This document shows positions 55,579 through 64,000 of a DNA stretch of 64,000 bases, one piece after another (positions within the stretch are counted from its first letter, which is position 1; every line of letters begins with the position of its first letter). The stretch is taken from NCBI GenBank assembly GCA_045614225.1, contig JAZLCO010000085.1, positions 4,164 through 68,163 on the forward strand. The letters run 5' to 3'. The DNA comes from Eggerthellaceae bacterium (lineage in GTDB: Bacteria; Actinomycetota; Coriobacteriia; Coriobacteriales; Eggerthellaceae). The notes beneath the pieces were generated by a model. It did no database searches, had not been told where the DNA came from, and saw nothing but the letters and a program-made list of their open reading frames with translations. Position numbers and translations under genes: made by a program.

Positions 55579-55641
55579 GCGTCTAAACCATCACGCTCGC
55601 GATCATTTGGCTACCTGGGGCCTTGCCCTAGGTAGCCAATC

Positions 55642-56457
55642 TTACGCATAAGCGCGGACAACGGCCATGGTCTCGGAAGCGTAACCGCGCCCGAACAGCG
55701 CGCAATGATGGAGCAGTGGAGCCAGCTGGTGCAGCTTCACACGTTCACGCCAACCATCGGCGAGCGGTGATGCCTCGTTGTAGGCTGAGATGATGCGGTC
55801 GAGGAACGGGCAACCGAACAATGCAAGCATCGCCAAATCGGTTTCGGCGTGTCCTCCATGGGCCATCGGGTCTATGAGCATTGCACCCACATCGTTGCCA
55901 GGGTCGGTGGTCCAGAGCAGATTGCCCGACCATAAATCGCCATGTATGCGAGCAACCTGATTGCCCGACGATACAACGAGCCCAGGTTGCGAGACATCGT
56001 ACTCGCCGTTTTCCAAACGTATGGCAAGACGTTCGACGAGCGAAGCCTCCTCCCGCGTTATCGCGCGAGCGTCACGTGCTTGGCGTGCATAGGACATGAC
56101 CCGCCACTTTGCGAAGAAGGCGCCCCAGGAATGTGGTGCATCGCATTCGGAAACAGTGGGCGTGAGAGACCGCCTGATTCGGTATGCACCCTCCCACCCT
56201 GTGGGCGGCGCACCCCACCATGGAGCTCCCGCTGCGTGGGTGATGGCGAGTGCGACGCCAACGCGCTCCGCAGAGGCAGCACTCGGCGCCCCAACCGGTA
56301 CGCGCTTTTCCACCAGCTCGACGGAACTGGCCGACAGCACTTCAACGGTCGGCATGCCGCCTACAGGTTCAGCTTCGGATAACCAGCGCAGGGCAGCTGC
56401 CTCCCCCTCGAGAGACGACGTTTCCGGCGTACCGTGTTTCACGAACAATTCGTCCAA
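55642..56457 (-). CDS. fructosamine/ketosamine kinase-family protein
   Basis: Contains IHGDLWSGNLLW and the catalytic-loop region IDPMAHGGHAETDLAML. Confidence 0.8.
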   Translation of the reverse strand: MDELFVKHGTPETSSLEGEAAALRWLSEAEPVGGMPTVEVLSASSVELVEKRVPVGAPSAASAERVGVALAITHAAGAPWWGAPPTGWEGAYRIRRSLTPTVSECDAPHSWGAFFAKWRVMSYARQARDARAITREEASLVERLAIRLENGEYDVSQPGLVVSSGNQVARIHGDLWSGNLLWTTDPGNDVGAMLIDPMAHGGHAETDLAMLALFGCPFLDRIISAYNEASPLADGWRERVKLHQLAPLLHHCALFGRGYASETMAVVRAYA

Positions 56458-56552
56458 TGTAATCCTCCTGACCGCTACTGGAGGTATACCATAAACTGCA
56501 AGGTTCCAAAACGTGCTCGAATCGCTTCTCAGGCAGCTGAAAGGAGAGCGTA

Positions 56553-57578
56553 GTGAACACCGTCACACTCGGGTCTACTGGCATAACCACCGTCCAGAAC
56601 GCATTCGGCGCATTGCCTATACAACGCGTCACGGAACAAGAAGCCGTGCACTTACTGCACAAAGCCTATGATGGCGGCATGCGCTATTTCGACACCGCCC
56701 GCGCCTACAGCGACAGCGAATCGAAATTGGGCGTTGCATTCGGCGGTATGCGCGACAAGGTGTTCATCGCGACTAAGACCATGGCCACAACGCCGGAAGC
56801 GTTTTGGGAGCAGCTTGAGACCTCGCTTGCGAACCTGCGCACCGACTACATCGACGTCTACCAGCTACACAACATACAGCAATGCTATCGCCCGGGCGAC
56901 GGCACTGGTTTGTACGAGTGCATGCTCGAAGCGAAAGCGCAGGGCAAGATTCTCCACATCGGCGCAACGGCCCACAAGATCCACGTCGCCGAAGAGGCAG
57001 TCGAATCCGGCCTTTACGAGACGATGCAGTTCCCATTCAGCTACCTCTCGTCGCAGCGCGAATTCGACCTCGTAGAGCTGTGTGCACAACGAAACGTCGG
57101 GTTCGTCGTCATGAAAGGCCTTGCCGGCGGTCTCATCTCGAACAGCCGAGCCTGCATGGCTTTCATGAACGAGCATCCGACGGTGCTGCCCATCTGGGGC
57201 GTGCAACGCGAGCACGAGCTCGACGAATGGCTTTCGTACATGGACGACACGCCCACCATGGACGCTGAGCTGCGGGCGTTCATCGAGCAGGAACGCGCCG
57301 AACTCAAAGGTGGGTTCTGTCGCAACTGCGGGTATTGCATGCCCTGCCCCGTCGACATATCCATCAAAGATTGCGCGCGCATGTCGCTCATGTTGCGCCG
57401 TGCTCCGAGCGCCAATTGGCTCACCGAGTATTGGCAAGCAGAGATGCGCAAAATCGAAGACTGCATCAACTGCAGGCAATGCGCCAATCGATGCCCGTAT
57501 GAACTGCCAACTCCAGAGCTGTTGCGGGAGAACTGGGAAGACTACCAGAACGTGCTCGCTGGCAAAGTGCAGGTGTAA
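56553..57578 (+). CDS. aldo/keto reductase with C-terminal 4Fe-4S-binding extension
   Basis: AKR motifs are present (FDTARAYSDSE, IDVYQLHN). The C-terminus carries CRNCGYCMPCP and CINCRQCANRCP. Confidence 0.8.
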   Translation: MNTVTLGSTGITTVQNAFGALPIQRVTEQEAVHLLHKAYDGGMRYFDTARAYSDSESKLGVAFGGMRDKVFIATKTMATTPEAFWEQLETSLANLRTDYIDVYQLHNIQQCYRPGDGTGLYECMLEAKAQGKILHIGATAHKIHVAEEAVESGLYETMQFPFSYLSSQREFDLVELCAQRNVGFVVMKGLAGGLISNSRACMAFMNEHPTVLPIWGVQREHELDEWLSYMDDTPTMDAELRAFIEQERAELKGGFCRNCGYCMPCPVDISIKDCARMSLMLRRAPSANWLTEYWQAEMRKIEDCINCRQCANRCPYELPTPELLRENWEDYQNVLAGKVQV

Positions 57579-57606
57579 TTCGAAGCCCAAACCAAAGGGG
57601 GGAACA

Positions 57607-58191
57607 ATGAACGTTACGGCAATTCTCTTCGACGGATTCGAAACGCTCGACATGTTCGGACCTGTTGAAATGCTCGGTGCTTCAGGTGAGTTCGAAACGA
57701 AGTTCTATTCCCTCGACGGCGGCATAGTGAAAAGCTACCAAGGCGTGCCGGTCGAAACGAACAAGCTCGACATGATCGATGCGCCCGAGGTTTTGCTGTT
57801 GCCGGGCGGCATGGGCGTGTACGACCAACTCGAAAACGAGGCGTTCATCTCCAAACTCGCCGAACTTGCCAGCAAAGCAAAATACGTCCTGTCAGTCTGC
57901 AACGGCGCGTTCCTCTATGCGAAGGCCGGCGTGCTTGACGGACGAAGCGCGACGACGTTCAAGGCACGCATCGACCGAGCCGAGGAGCTGTTCCCCGAAG
58001 TGTGTTGGGAGCGCAACGCTCGCTGGACCGTCGATGGCAATCTGTACGTCTCGTCAGGTGTTTCAGCTGGCACCGACATGGCGCTCGGTTTCATAGCCGA
58101 TGTGTGTGGACGCGATTGCGCCGAAAAGACAGCCAACTACGCCGAGTACACCTGGAACTCGAATCCCGCCAACGACCCGTTTGCCCGCTAG
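57607..58191 (+). CDS. DJ-1/PfpI-family protein
   Basis: Contains AILFDGFETLDMFGPVEML and the nucleophile-elbow-like SVCNGAFLYAKAG. I take the ATG at 57607, which has an AAGGGGGG RBS. Confidence 0.8.
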   Translation: MNVTAILFDGFETLDMFGPVEMLGASGEFETKFYSLDGGIVKSYQGVPVETNKLDMIDAPEVLLLPGGMGVYDQLENEAFISKLAELASKAKYVLSVCNGAFLYAKAGVLDGRSATTFKARIDRAEELFPEVCWERNARWTVDGNLYVSSGVSAGTDMALGFIADVCGRDCAEKTANYAEYTWNSNPANDPFAR

Positions 58192-58233
58192 CACGCACAG
58201 CGCATCGAGCATCATTGCAACCGGGAGAACGCT

Positions 58234-60270
58234 ATCAAACGCTCAGTCATCGGCATACTCGCCCACGTTGACGCTGGGAAGACAACGCTCATCGAGTCGT
58301 TGCTGTTTCGCACGGGCACGGTGCGTAAGCTCGGCAGCGTCGACAACGGCAGCTCGCATCTCGACTTCCATGCACTCGAACAGCAGCGCGGCATCACAAT
58401 CTACTCGAAGCAAGCCGCCATCGAATGCAATGATGCCGAACTGACGCTGCTCGACACGCCGGGCCACGTTGATTTCTCGGCAGAAGCCGAACGCACGTTG
58501 CAAGTGCTCGACTATGCCGTGCTCGTCATCGACGCAGGCGATGGCGTGCGCGGCCATACCGAAACGCTTTGGCGTCTGCTCGAACGACACGGTGTGCCCA
58601 CGTTCATCTTCGCGAACAAGATGGACCTCTGCGAACGCTCCCGCGAGCAGGTGATGGAAGAGCTGTCCACGCGCCTCTCAACCATGTGCGTGGACTTCTC
58701 GGGCTTCCCCCATGGAACAGCGGAAACGAGCCTTCCCCCTGAATTGGCGGAAGCATGCGCTGCAGCGGACGAGGAAGCAATCGAGGAGTTCTTGGAGCAC
58801 GGCGCAATTTCCATGCAAACCATGCAACACCTTGTAGCCGAACGATCCGTCTTCCCCGTGTTCTTTGGGTCGGCCCTGAAGCAGGAGGGCGTCGACGAGC
58901 TTCACGATGCCATTTCCCGCCTCGTCGAAGAGAATGCCTTCCCCTCTGAATTCGGAGCACGCGTGTTCAAAGTCTCACACGATCCTTCAGGCACCCGACT
59001 CACGTGGATGAAGGTGACGGGTGGCGCGCTCGAGGTCAAGCAAATCATCGCCGAGACGACCGATACAGGAATCGAGGCCGAAAAGGTTGACCAGATCAGG
59101 CGCTATGCGGGCGAGAAATATGAAGTGGTGCCCACTTGCCATGCAGGCCAGATTTGCGCGGTCACGGGACTTTCGCACACCCAAGCAGGCATGGCGCTCG
59201 GAAACGCTGCAAGCACCACCTCGAACGACACCGACGCTTATTCCATCAAGCCCGTCCTTGTGCCAACGTTCGCCTGCGGCGTTCTCCTCAACGGACACGA
59301 TGTTCAAGCTGTTCATGCCGCATTGAGACAGTTGACCGACGAGGACCCCTTGCTCAACGTTCGGTGGAATGAACGACTGCAAGAACTGCAAGTGCAGATC
59401 ATGGGCACAATTCAACTTGAGGTGCTCCAAGCAACCTTGCACGAGCGCTTCGGACTCGATGTCGATTTCGGGCAAGGAGGAGTGCTCTACCGCGAGACGA
59501 TCGAGGAACCTGTTTTGGGCATCGGGCACTTCGAACCACTTCGCCACTATGCAGAAGTGCACCTTCTCATCGAACCGTTGCCCTCAGGATCGGGCGTGCA
59601 GTTCGGCACCCGCTGCCATGTAGACGAGCTCGATTTGAATTGGCAGCGTCTCATCCTGACCAACGCAATGGAGCGCGAGCATCTGGGCGTTCTGACAGGC
59701 TCGCCCATCACCGATGTGCGCATCACGCTCATCGGCGGCCGCGCACACAACAAGCACACCGAAGGCGGCGACTTCCGGCAGGCAACCTATCGGGCTATAC
59801 GCCAAGGCCTCATGCAGGCCAAAAGCGTATTGCTCGAGCCATGGGAAACCTTCGCGCTGCGCGTTCCCGCCGAGCAGGTAGGCCGGGCGTTTTCGGACCT
59901 CCAACGCATGGGTGCCCGATACGATGCGCCGCAAACCGAAAACGATTTCGCATCGATAGAGGGCGTCGTCCCCGCAAAGGAAATCGACGATTACACCCTG
60001 CAACTCAACTCGTATACGCATGGCATGGGCTCGCTCACGTTGGAGTTCCACGGTTACGAGCGTTGCCATGACGAGCAAGCTATCATCGAGCAAGCTGCTT
60101 ACGACCCCGAGTCGGATGTGCCCAACACGCCCGATTCGGTGTTCTGCTCACATGGCGCAGGACACACCGTCAAATGGAATGAGGTTGCCTCGATGGCACA
60201 TGTGAAGCCAGATCCCGCCACGTTTACTGCATGGCGCGAGGCAACACCTGAGTTTTTCGGAAAGCGCTGA
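58234..60270 (+). CDS. translational GTPase of the EF-G / Tet(M)-like ribosomal-protection family; proposed non-canonical ATC start
   Basis: Contains G1 AHVDAGKTT, G3 DTPGHVDF and G4 NKMD, followed by EF-G domain II-V-like sequence. The first canonical in-frame start (TTG 58300) lies after G1. ATC 58234 is preceded by GGGAG at a spacing of 6 nt. Confidence 0.7.
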   Translation: MKRSVIGILAHVDAGKTTLIESLLFRTGTVRKLGSVDNGSSHLDFHALEQQRGITIYSKQAAIECNDAELTLLDTPGHVDFSAEAERTLQVLDYAVLVIDAGDGVRGHTETLWRLLERHGVPTFIFANKMDLCERSREQVMEELSTRLSTMCVDFSGFPHGTAETSLPPELAEACAAADEEAIEEFLEHGAISMQTMQHLVAERSVFPVFFGSALKQEGVDELHDAISRLVEENAFPSEFGARVFKVSHDPSGTRLTWMKVTGGALEVKQIIAETTDTGIEAEKVDQIRRYAGEKYEVVPTCHAGQICAVTGLSHTQAGMALGNAASTTSNDTDAYSIKPVLVPTFACGVLLNGHDVQAVHAALRQLTDEDPLLNVRWNERLQELQVQIMGTIQLEVLQATLHERFGLDVDFGQGGVLYRETIEEPVLGIGHFEPLRHYAEVHLLIEPLPSGSGVQFGTRCHVDELDLNWQRLILTNAMEREHLGVLTGSPITDVRITLIGGRAHNKHTEGGDFRQATYRAIRQGLMQAKSVLLEPWETFALRVPAEQVGRAFSDLQRMGARYDAPQTENDFASIEGVVPAKEIDDYTLQLNSYTHGMGSLTLEFHGYERCHDEQAIIEQAAYDPESDVPNTPDSVFCSHGAGHTVKWNEVASMAHVKPDPATFTAWREATPEFFGKR

Positions 60271-60621
60271 TTACAGCGGCCTGGTCGTTGGCGCTTTGCC
60301 GCCATTCAAAACGAAATCGATGCGCTCCTTCAAGCGTTCAGCTGTCACCAACTCGTCGAACAACGGCGTCTTCATGCCATCCGCCACCAGCACGATATAG
60401 GGATAAGCAGCCACGGCAAACTTGATGCGCAGCTTCTTCTGTTCGTCGGTGTTGACGATGCAGAATTTGACCTCATCGCCATACTGTTCAGCAAGCTCCT
60501 CGAACGTGGGAATCATCTCGTCGCACATCGTGCACCAGCCAGCCGTGAACTCGATGACGCACGGCTTGTCGCAATTCGCTACTTCTGCCTCGAAGCTCTC
60601 ATCGGTTATCTCGTAAACCAC
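60271..60621 (-). CDS. thioredoxin-family protein
   Basis: A 116-aa protein with a WCTMC (CxxC) active-site motif in a thioredoxin-like context. Confidence 0.8.
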   Translation of the reverse strand: MVYEITDESFEAEVANCDKPCVIEFTAGWCTMCDEMIPTFEELAEQYGDEVKFCIVNTDEQKKLRIKFAVAAYPYIVLVADGMKTPLFDELVTAERLKERIDFVLNGGKAPTTRPL

Positions 60622-60633
60622 GTGCGTCTCCTC

Positions 60634-61167
60634 TCATATACGGCATACAGCATCTTCGGCGCAAAACGCGCAGAAATGATAAGTGCTCATCTCAACGAAC
60701 GAATCGAAAAGCTGGGGTGCACCCAAAGAGCCGCCGCACCCGCATTGCGGTAACGTGCGCAAAATGGCATTGGACCGACCCAAGGTGCCTTGTTTGATGC
60801 GATCCCAACGACATGCGCGCAGGTAGTTTCCTGCAGGTTGGTGCACCGTCAGCTGCCCGGTAGCGTCTGCGATCGAACCCAGGATATGCACGGCAGGATC
60901 CTTTTCCCGAATCTTGCCGTACGAGGCGGCCAGCATCAACGCGTCGTCATCGAGCAACACCAGCTCGTCGTTTTCGCAATCGAACACATCACCTGTGGCA
61001 GCGTGGTACAAACCCTTCACCTGAACATCTTGCGGGTCGGAAATGTTGGCGATGAGGCAGTCTCCGCCTTCCATTTGACCAAGCCCCACCAACACCCAAG
61101 CACGCGAACTCACGCGCTCAACGCATTCGAGTGCAACACCAACCGAAAGGCCCCTCCACTCGTCCAT
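60634..61167 (-). CDS. hypothetical protein with C-terminal Cys-rich motif
   Basis: The ORF starts 12 nt upstream of the thioredoxin gene. Its C-terminus has CGCGG...CAFCAEDAVC. Confidence 0.4.
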   Translation of the reverse strand: MDEWRGLSVGVALECVERVSSRAWVLVGLGQMEGGDCLIANISDPQDVQVKGLYHAATGDVFDCENDELVLLDDDALMLAASYGKIREKDPAVHILGSIADATGQLTVHQPAGNYLRACRWDRIKQGTLGRSNAILRTLPQCGCGGSLGAPQLFDSFVEMSTYHFCAFCAEDAVCRI

Positions 61168-61174
61168 GGCTCAC

Positions 61175-61924
61175 TCACAAATCCTGACGAGCTGGGCGAA
61201 GGCCCAGTCGCACTCTGACGTCTTCGGCAGATGCCTTTTTGCCTTCGCCTTCGAGCGCTTGCCACGCTTCGAGCCATTGCGCAAGACGCTCGTTGCACGC
61301 TTCGAACACTTCGGTCAACCACTCGGCACTTAGCAGCCGATACTCTTGATTTGCCGGAACCATTGCGGATGCACGCACGATACTTGCTGCAACTTCAACG
61401 GATTTCTCGACATCCTGAGGCAAGATGCTGTACCCGCGGAACTTCTTTGCAGCTTCGAGCAACTCGGAATTGACCTGTACACAACTTGAAATCCCCAGCG
61501 TATGCCCGAACACATCGAAATCGCCTTGCTTTCGTATGCGCAACTCCTCGCCCATCGGCGCATCATGCGTTTCCAAAAACGTGAGGAACGTTCCGTTGTA
61601 GAACCGATCGGCCACAAGGTGTGCCCATGCGCCCAACGCGAGCGAAACCCCGGATGGCGTTTTCGACCTGCGCTTGTAGATATACATATCCCAGAACTTG
61701 TCGGCGTCTGGTATGGGTATCAAGCCGACGTTCGCCCAGTGCGTCATGCAGTAATCGATATGCATCGAAGCATCGGGCACCATGAACCCGACGTAGATGT
61801 CGGGAACGTAATTGCCGAACAAAAATGCATTGACGTCCTCGATGCCCAAGTCATGGGCAGGGCAATCAGACACAAGGCGTTCGACATGGGCGGTATGAAT
61901 GTTCCAGCTAGGCATACAAGCCAT
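61175..61924 (-). CDS. hypothetical His-rich protein (possibly Zn-dependent phospholipase C-like fold)
   Basis: The N-terminus MPSWNIHTAH and the spaced His/Asp residues only hint at this fold. Confidence 0.35.
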   Translation of the reverse strand: MACMPSWNIHTAHVERLVSDCPAHDLGIEDVNAFLFGNYVPDIYVGFMVPDASMHIDYCMTHWANVGLIPIPDADKFWDMYIYKRRSKTPSGVSLALGAWAHLVADRFYNGTFLTFLETHDAPMGEELRIRKQGDFDVFGHTLGISSCVQVNSELLEAAKKFRGYSILPQDVEKSVEVAASIVRASAMVPANQEYRLLSAEWLTEVFEACNERLAQWLEAWQALEGEGKKASAEDVRVRLGLRPARQDL

Positions 61925-62006
61925 GATACCGCACGAATGCGATAGTCCTCGCCTTCAGGTGCATCCGACGAATCTTTCCATGGGCTATTTGGCATACAAT
62001 TGGCGC

Positions 62007-62804
62007 ATGAAGGAGATTCTCGATAACGGACACGCTAGGGCAATCGCTGTACTGGTTGCATTGATTACTGGAGCGCTGATCATGATGATGAATCTTAGTG
62101 CATGTGGGCAACAGCCGAACAGCAAAACATCTGACGATGCCCGAGCGGCATCAGCTTCCTCACCCGACAACGCTTTCTCGCATGTGTCAGACCCAGCATC
62201 CGGCACCGATTCTGCGAAAACGATCGCGTGCATCGGCGACAGCATCACGTATGGATACGGGGTCGACAACCCTGCGAAAGAAGCATGGCCGGCATTGCTT
62301 GACAACAAGCTCGGCGACGGCTGGACGGTCGTCAACCTCGGTGTCTCAGGCACAACCCTGCTTGACGAAGGGGAATTCCCCTACCGTTCAACAGGCAACG
62401 TCGAGCGGGCAAAGGAGCTCGACCCGTCAATCGCATTCATCATGCTGGGGTCAAACGACTCCGTCGACCCGCGATGGAACACTGAGTCGTATCGAGCCCA
62501 GCTCAGCGCCCTCGTCGACGAAATCAAGAGCGCTTCGTCGAACAATGTGCAGATCGTACTGATGGCGCCTCCTTGCACGTTCTACCACCTCAACAATGCT
62601 GCCCGTGACGAATCTATCAACCAGGTGCTCGGTGAGGACATCCGACTCGCCGTGATAGACGTCGCTGAGGAAAAGAGAGCCCTCTATATAGATCTTTACG
62701 AGTTCACGGAAGACCATCCCGAATGGTTTCCCGACAAGCTGCATCCGAACGAAGAGGGCAACGCAGCCATCGCCGATTACCTGTACGACCAAGTTTTCCG
62801 ATGA
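62007..62804 (+). CDS. SGNH/GDSL-family hydrolase lipoprotein
   Basis: A signal/lipobox LSACG is present. Block I is IACIGDSITYGYG, a GxND-like GSNDS follows, and DKLHPNEEG at the C-terminus gives the DxxH block. Confidence 0.8.
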   Translation: MKEILDNGHARAIAVLVALITGALIMMMNLSACGQQPNSKTSDDARAASASSPDNAFSHVSDPASGTDSAKTIACIGDSITYGYGVDNPAKEAWPALLDNKLGDGWTVVNLGVSGTTLLDEGEFPYRSTGNVERAKELDPSIAFIMLGSNDSVDPRWNTESYRAQLSALVDEIKSASSNNVQIVLMAPPCTFYHLNNAARDESINQVLGEDIRLAVIDVAEEKRALYIDLYEFTEDHPEWFPDKLHPNEEGNAAIADYLYDQVFR

Positions 62805-63106
62805 GTCTGATAGTGCGAATACCCATAAGGCAAGTAAAAGAACAAAATGCATCCAATGAAGGGGCGTTGATGCAGGCCAACACCCTTTTCCATGTTCAAT
62901 AATCGATTCTTCTGGCTTTTCGCTCGGGCAGGAGACGTGTCTTTTCGCGAGCACTTCCACAGGCGGTGCCAAGTGAAATTGATGAAAAATCGTCTGATTC
63001 GCTGGAACGGGTATGAGTAACTCGACCCGTTCCTCGCACAGAAGCGAGATGAGAAAATCGAGTTCATTGCGACGACAAAACGAGGAGCAATGGCCAAGCT
63101 CAAGCC

Positions 63107-63390
63107 GAATTCGTCCATGGACCCGATATCTGCACGAATCCTTGGTCGCTTTGCACCAATACGGGGTTCCTGGACGATTGCATGCATCAATATTGGGTCC
63201 ATGGACGGAATTTGGGGCAAATGAGCTGGAAAAATCGTCCATGGACTCGATATCTGCACACAAGGCTATCATTTCTGCATCAATACCAAGTCCATGGACG
63301 ATTCGGGTAAATGGACGAACACCAAAACCGCGTCCATGGACGATTCGGACACAGAGGGTCACATCAATGCCGAATTCGTGGACCACGGAG
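63107..63390. repeat. array of five perfect copies of the 10-bp palindrome GTCCATGGAC plus about three half-sites, embedded in two interleaved longer repeat units
   Basis: Perfect copies lie at 63113, 63197, 63237, 63290 and 63332. Half-sites TGGACGA/GTGGAC lie at about 63171, 63313 and 63378. Confidence 0.85.
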
Positions 63391-63565
63391 CGGGCGAATC
63401 TGCATGAAGGACAAGAGCGAGATGCACTGTAACACCCTACGTCCCCATTCCATCGACTACCTCGAAGGCGCACAAACAGTCGCCGATGCGTTTGCCAAAA
63501 ATACAGTGAGCAAAATCAAAAAAGCGAGGAGGTTGAAAGACGCTCTATTGTTTCCATGTAACCCT

Positions 63566-63594
63566 AAAGACCGGCTTGAGAAAGCCGGTCTTTT
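63566..63594. terminator. hairpin downstream of the SufB/D-like gene (bidirectional-terminator-like)
   Basis: The stem aaagaccggctt/aagccggtcttt has a T-tract on the plus side. Confidence 0.5.
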
Positions 63595-63637
63595 CATCCT
63601 GAAATGCACATTTGGAACACTGTACTCTTGGCCCCGA

Positions 63638-64000
63638 TTAGCTCAAGAAGTCGTCGAGGATCTCCTGTTCGGCTTCCTCTTCAGACAAGCCGAGGGTCAT
63701 CAGCTTCGTAATCTGCTCGCCAGCAATCTTGCCGATAGCCGCCTCGTGCATGAGGATGGCGTCGGGGCTATCCGCCTCGATACCCGGAATCGACTTGACC
63801 TTCGCATCGCCCATGATGATGGCGTCGCACTGCACGTGCCCACGGCAGGCGGCCTTGCCCACGACGAGCGGGTTGAAGATCTGCACGCTGCGGTCCTGGG
63901 CAACCGAGCGCGAGATGATCTGCACGCTCGAGTCTTCGCCCTCGAGCTCGATGAGCACATTGGACGTGGCGGTCTGGTCGTCATGGGTGAGCAGGCGCTC
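63638..64000 (-). CDS. SufB/SufD-family Fe-S cluster assembly protein, C-terminal part (5-prime end beyond window)
   Basis: HVQCDAIIMGDAKVKSIPGIEADSPDAILMHEAAIGKIAGEQITKLMTLGLSEEEAEQEILDDF matches the SufB/D C-terminal pattern. The frame stays open to base 64000. Confidence 0.75.
   Translation of the reverse strand, partial: ERLLTHDDQTATSNVLIELEGEDSSVQIISRSVAQDRSVQIFNPLVVGKAACRGHVQCDAIIMGDAKVKSIPGIEADSPDAILMHEAAIGKIAGEQITKLMTLGLSEEEAEQEILDDFLS

Noticed and set aside
57310-57606. The long N-terminal extension of the DJ-1/PfpI ORF as given in the track.
   Set aside because: It overlaps the 3-prime end of the aldo/keto reductase gene in another frame and is Cys/Arg-rich. The family-typical N-terminus MNVTAILFDGFE starts at 57607 behind a good RBS.
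63107-63390. The palindrome array read as a CRISPR array.
   Set aside because: The repeat units are heterogeneous, the spacings are irregular (40-84 bp) and no cas genes are present in the window.
62451-63473. A 340-aa minus-strand ORF, a 160-aa minus-strand ORF and a 139-aa plus-strand ORF spanning the repeat region.
   Set aside because: Their sequences are dominated by tripeptides generated by the DNA palindrome (VHG / PWT). They lack an RBS and any domain signature, and the composition differs from neighbouring genes.

Overview
High-GC actinobacterial chromosome segment; the anaerobic Fe-S/flavoprotein content suggests Coriobacteriia/Eggerthellaceae, but that is a guess from gene content. 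Conserved backbone genes occupy 1-12.6 kb and 42-64 kb. The left backbone carries a NuoF/NuoG-like Fe-S module, a ThiF-family E1, an EamA transporter, ribF, an FMN riboswitch with ribU and a fused ecfAA'-ecfT, and a yhdT/panF-like pair. The right backbone carries redox enzymes, hypA, an AMP-ligase plus carrier protein, uspA, a PASTA lipoprotein, an EF-G/Tet(M)-like GTPase and a partial SufB/D gene. A tRNA-Asp(GTC) gene at 12645-12721 anchors a visibly more AT-rich island of about 26 kb. The island is bounded by a perfect 63-bp direct repeat of the tRNA 3-prime half (12669-12731 and 39031-39093). A small second islet follows and ends at a degenerate third tRNA-end copy (41943-41984). I found no integrase. 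All island genes lie on the minus strand and form two translationally coupled operons that I cannot assign to any named system. The first (12880-25781) has eight genes: a MoxR-type AAA+ ATPase, a VWA/metallopeptidase-like protein, a DUF4132-like protein, and several signal-peptide-less LRR/ankyrin-like repeat proteins, one with an EF-P-like N-terminus. The second (27834-35984) has four genes: a 1185-aa protein with RpoA-alphaCTD-like repeats and a sigma-region-4-like HTH, a ParB-like protein, an SNF2 helicase and a DUF2779/PD-(D/E)xK nuclease. It sits directly downstream of, and co-oriented with, a Sau3AI-type R-M pair. Both operons are the main novel-system candidates. Smaller oddities include an array of the palindrome GTCCATGGAC, a GTPase gene with no canonical start codon, gene-fragment scars and an IS1634-like transposase gene with no room for a right end. 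All domain calls rest on motif reading by eye; no searches were run.
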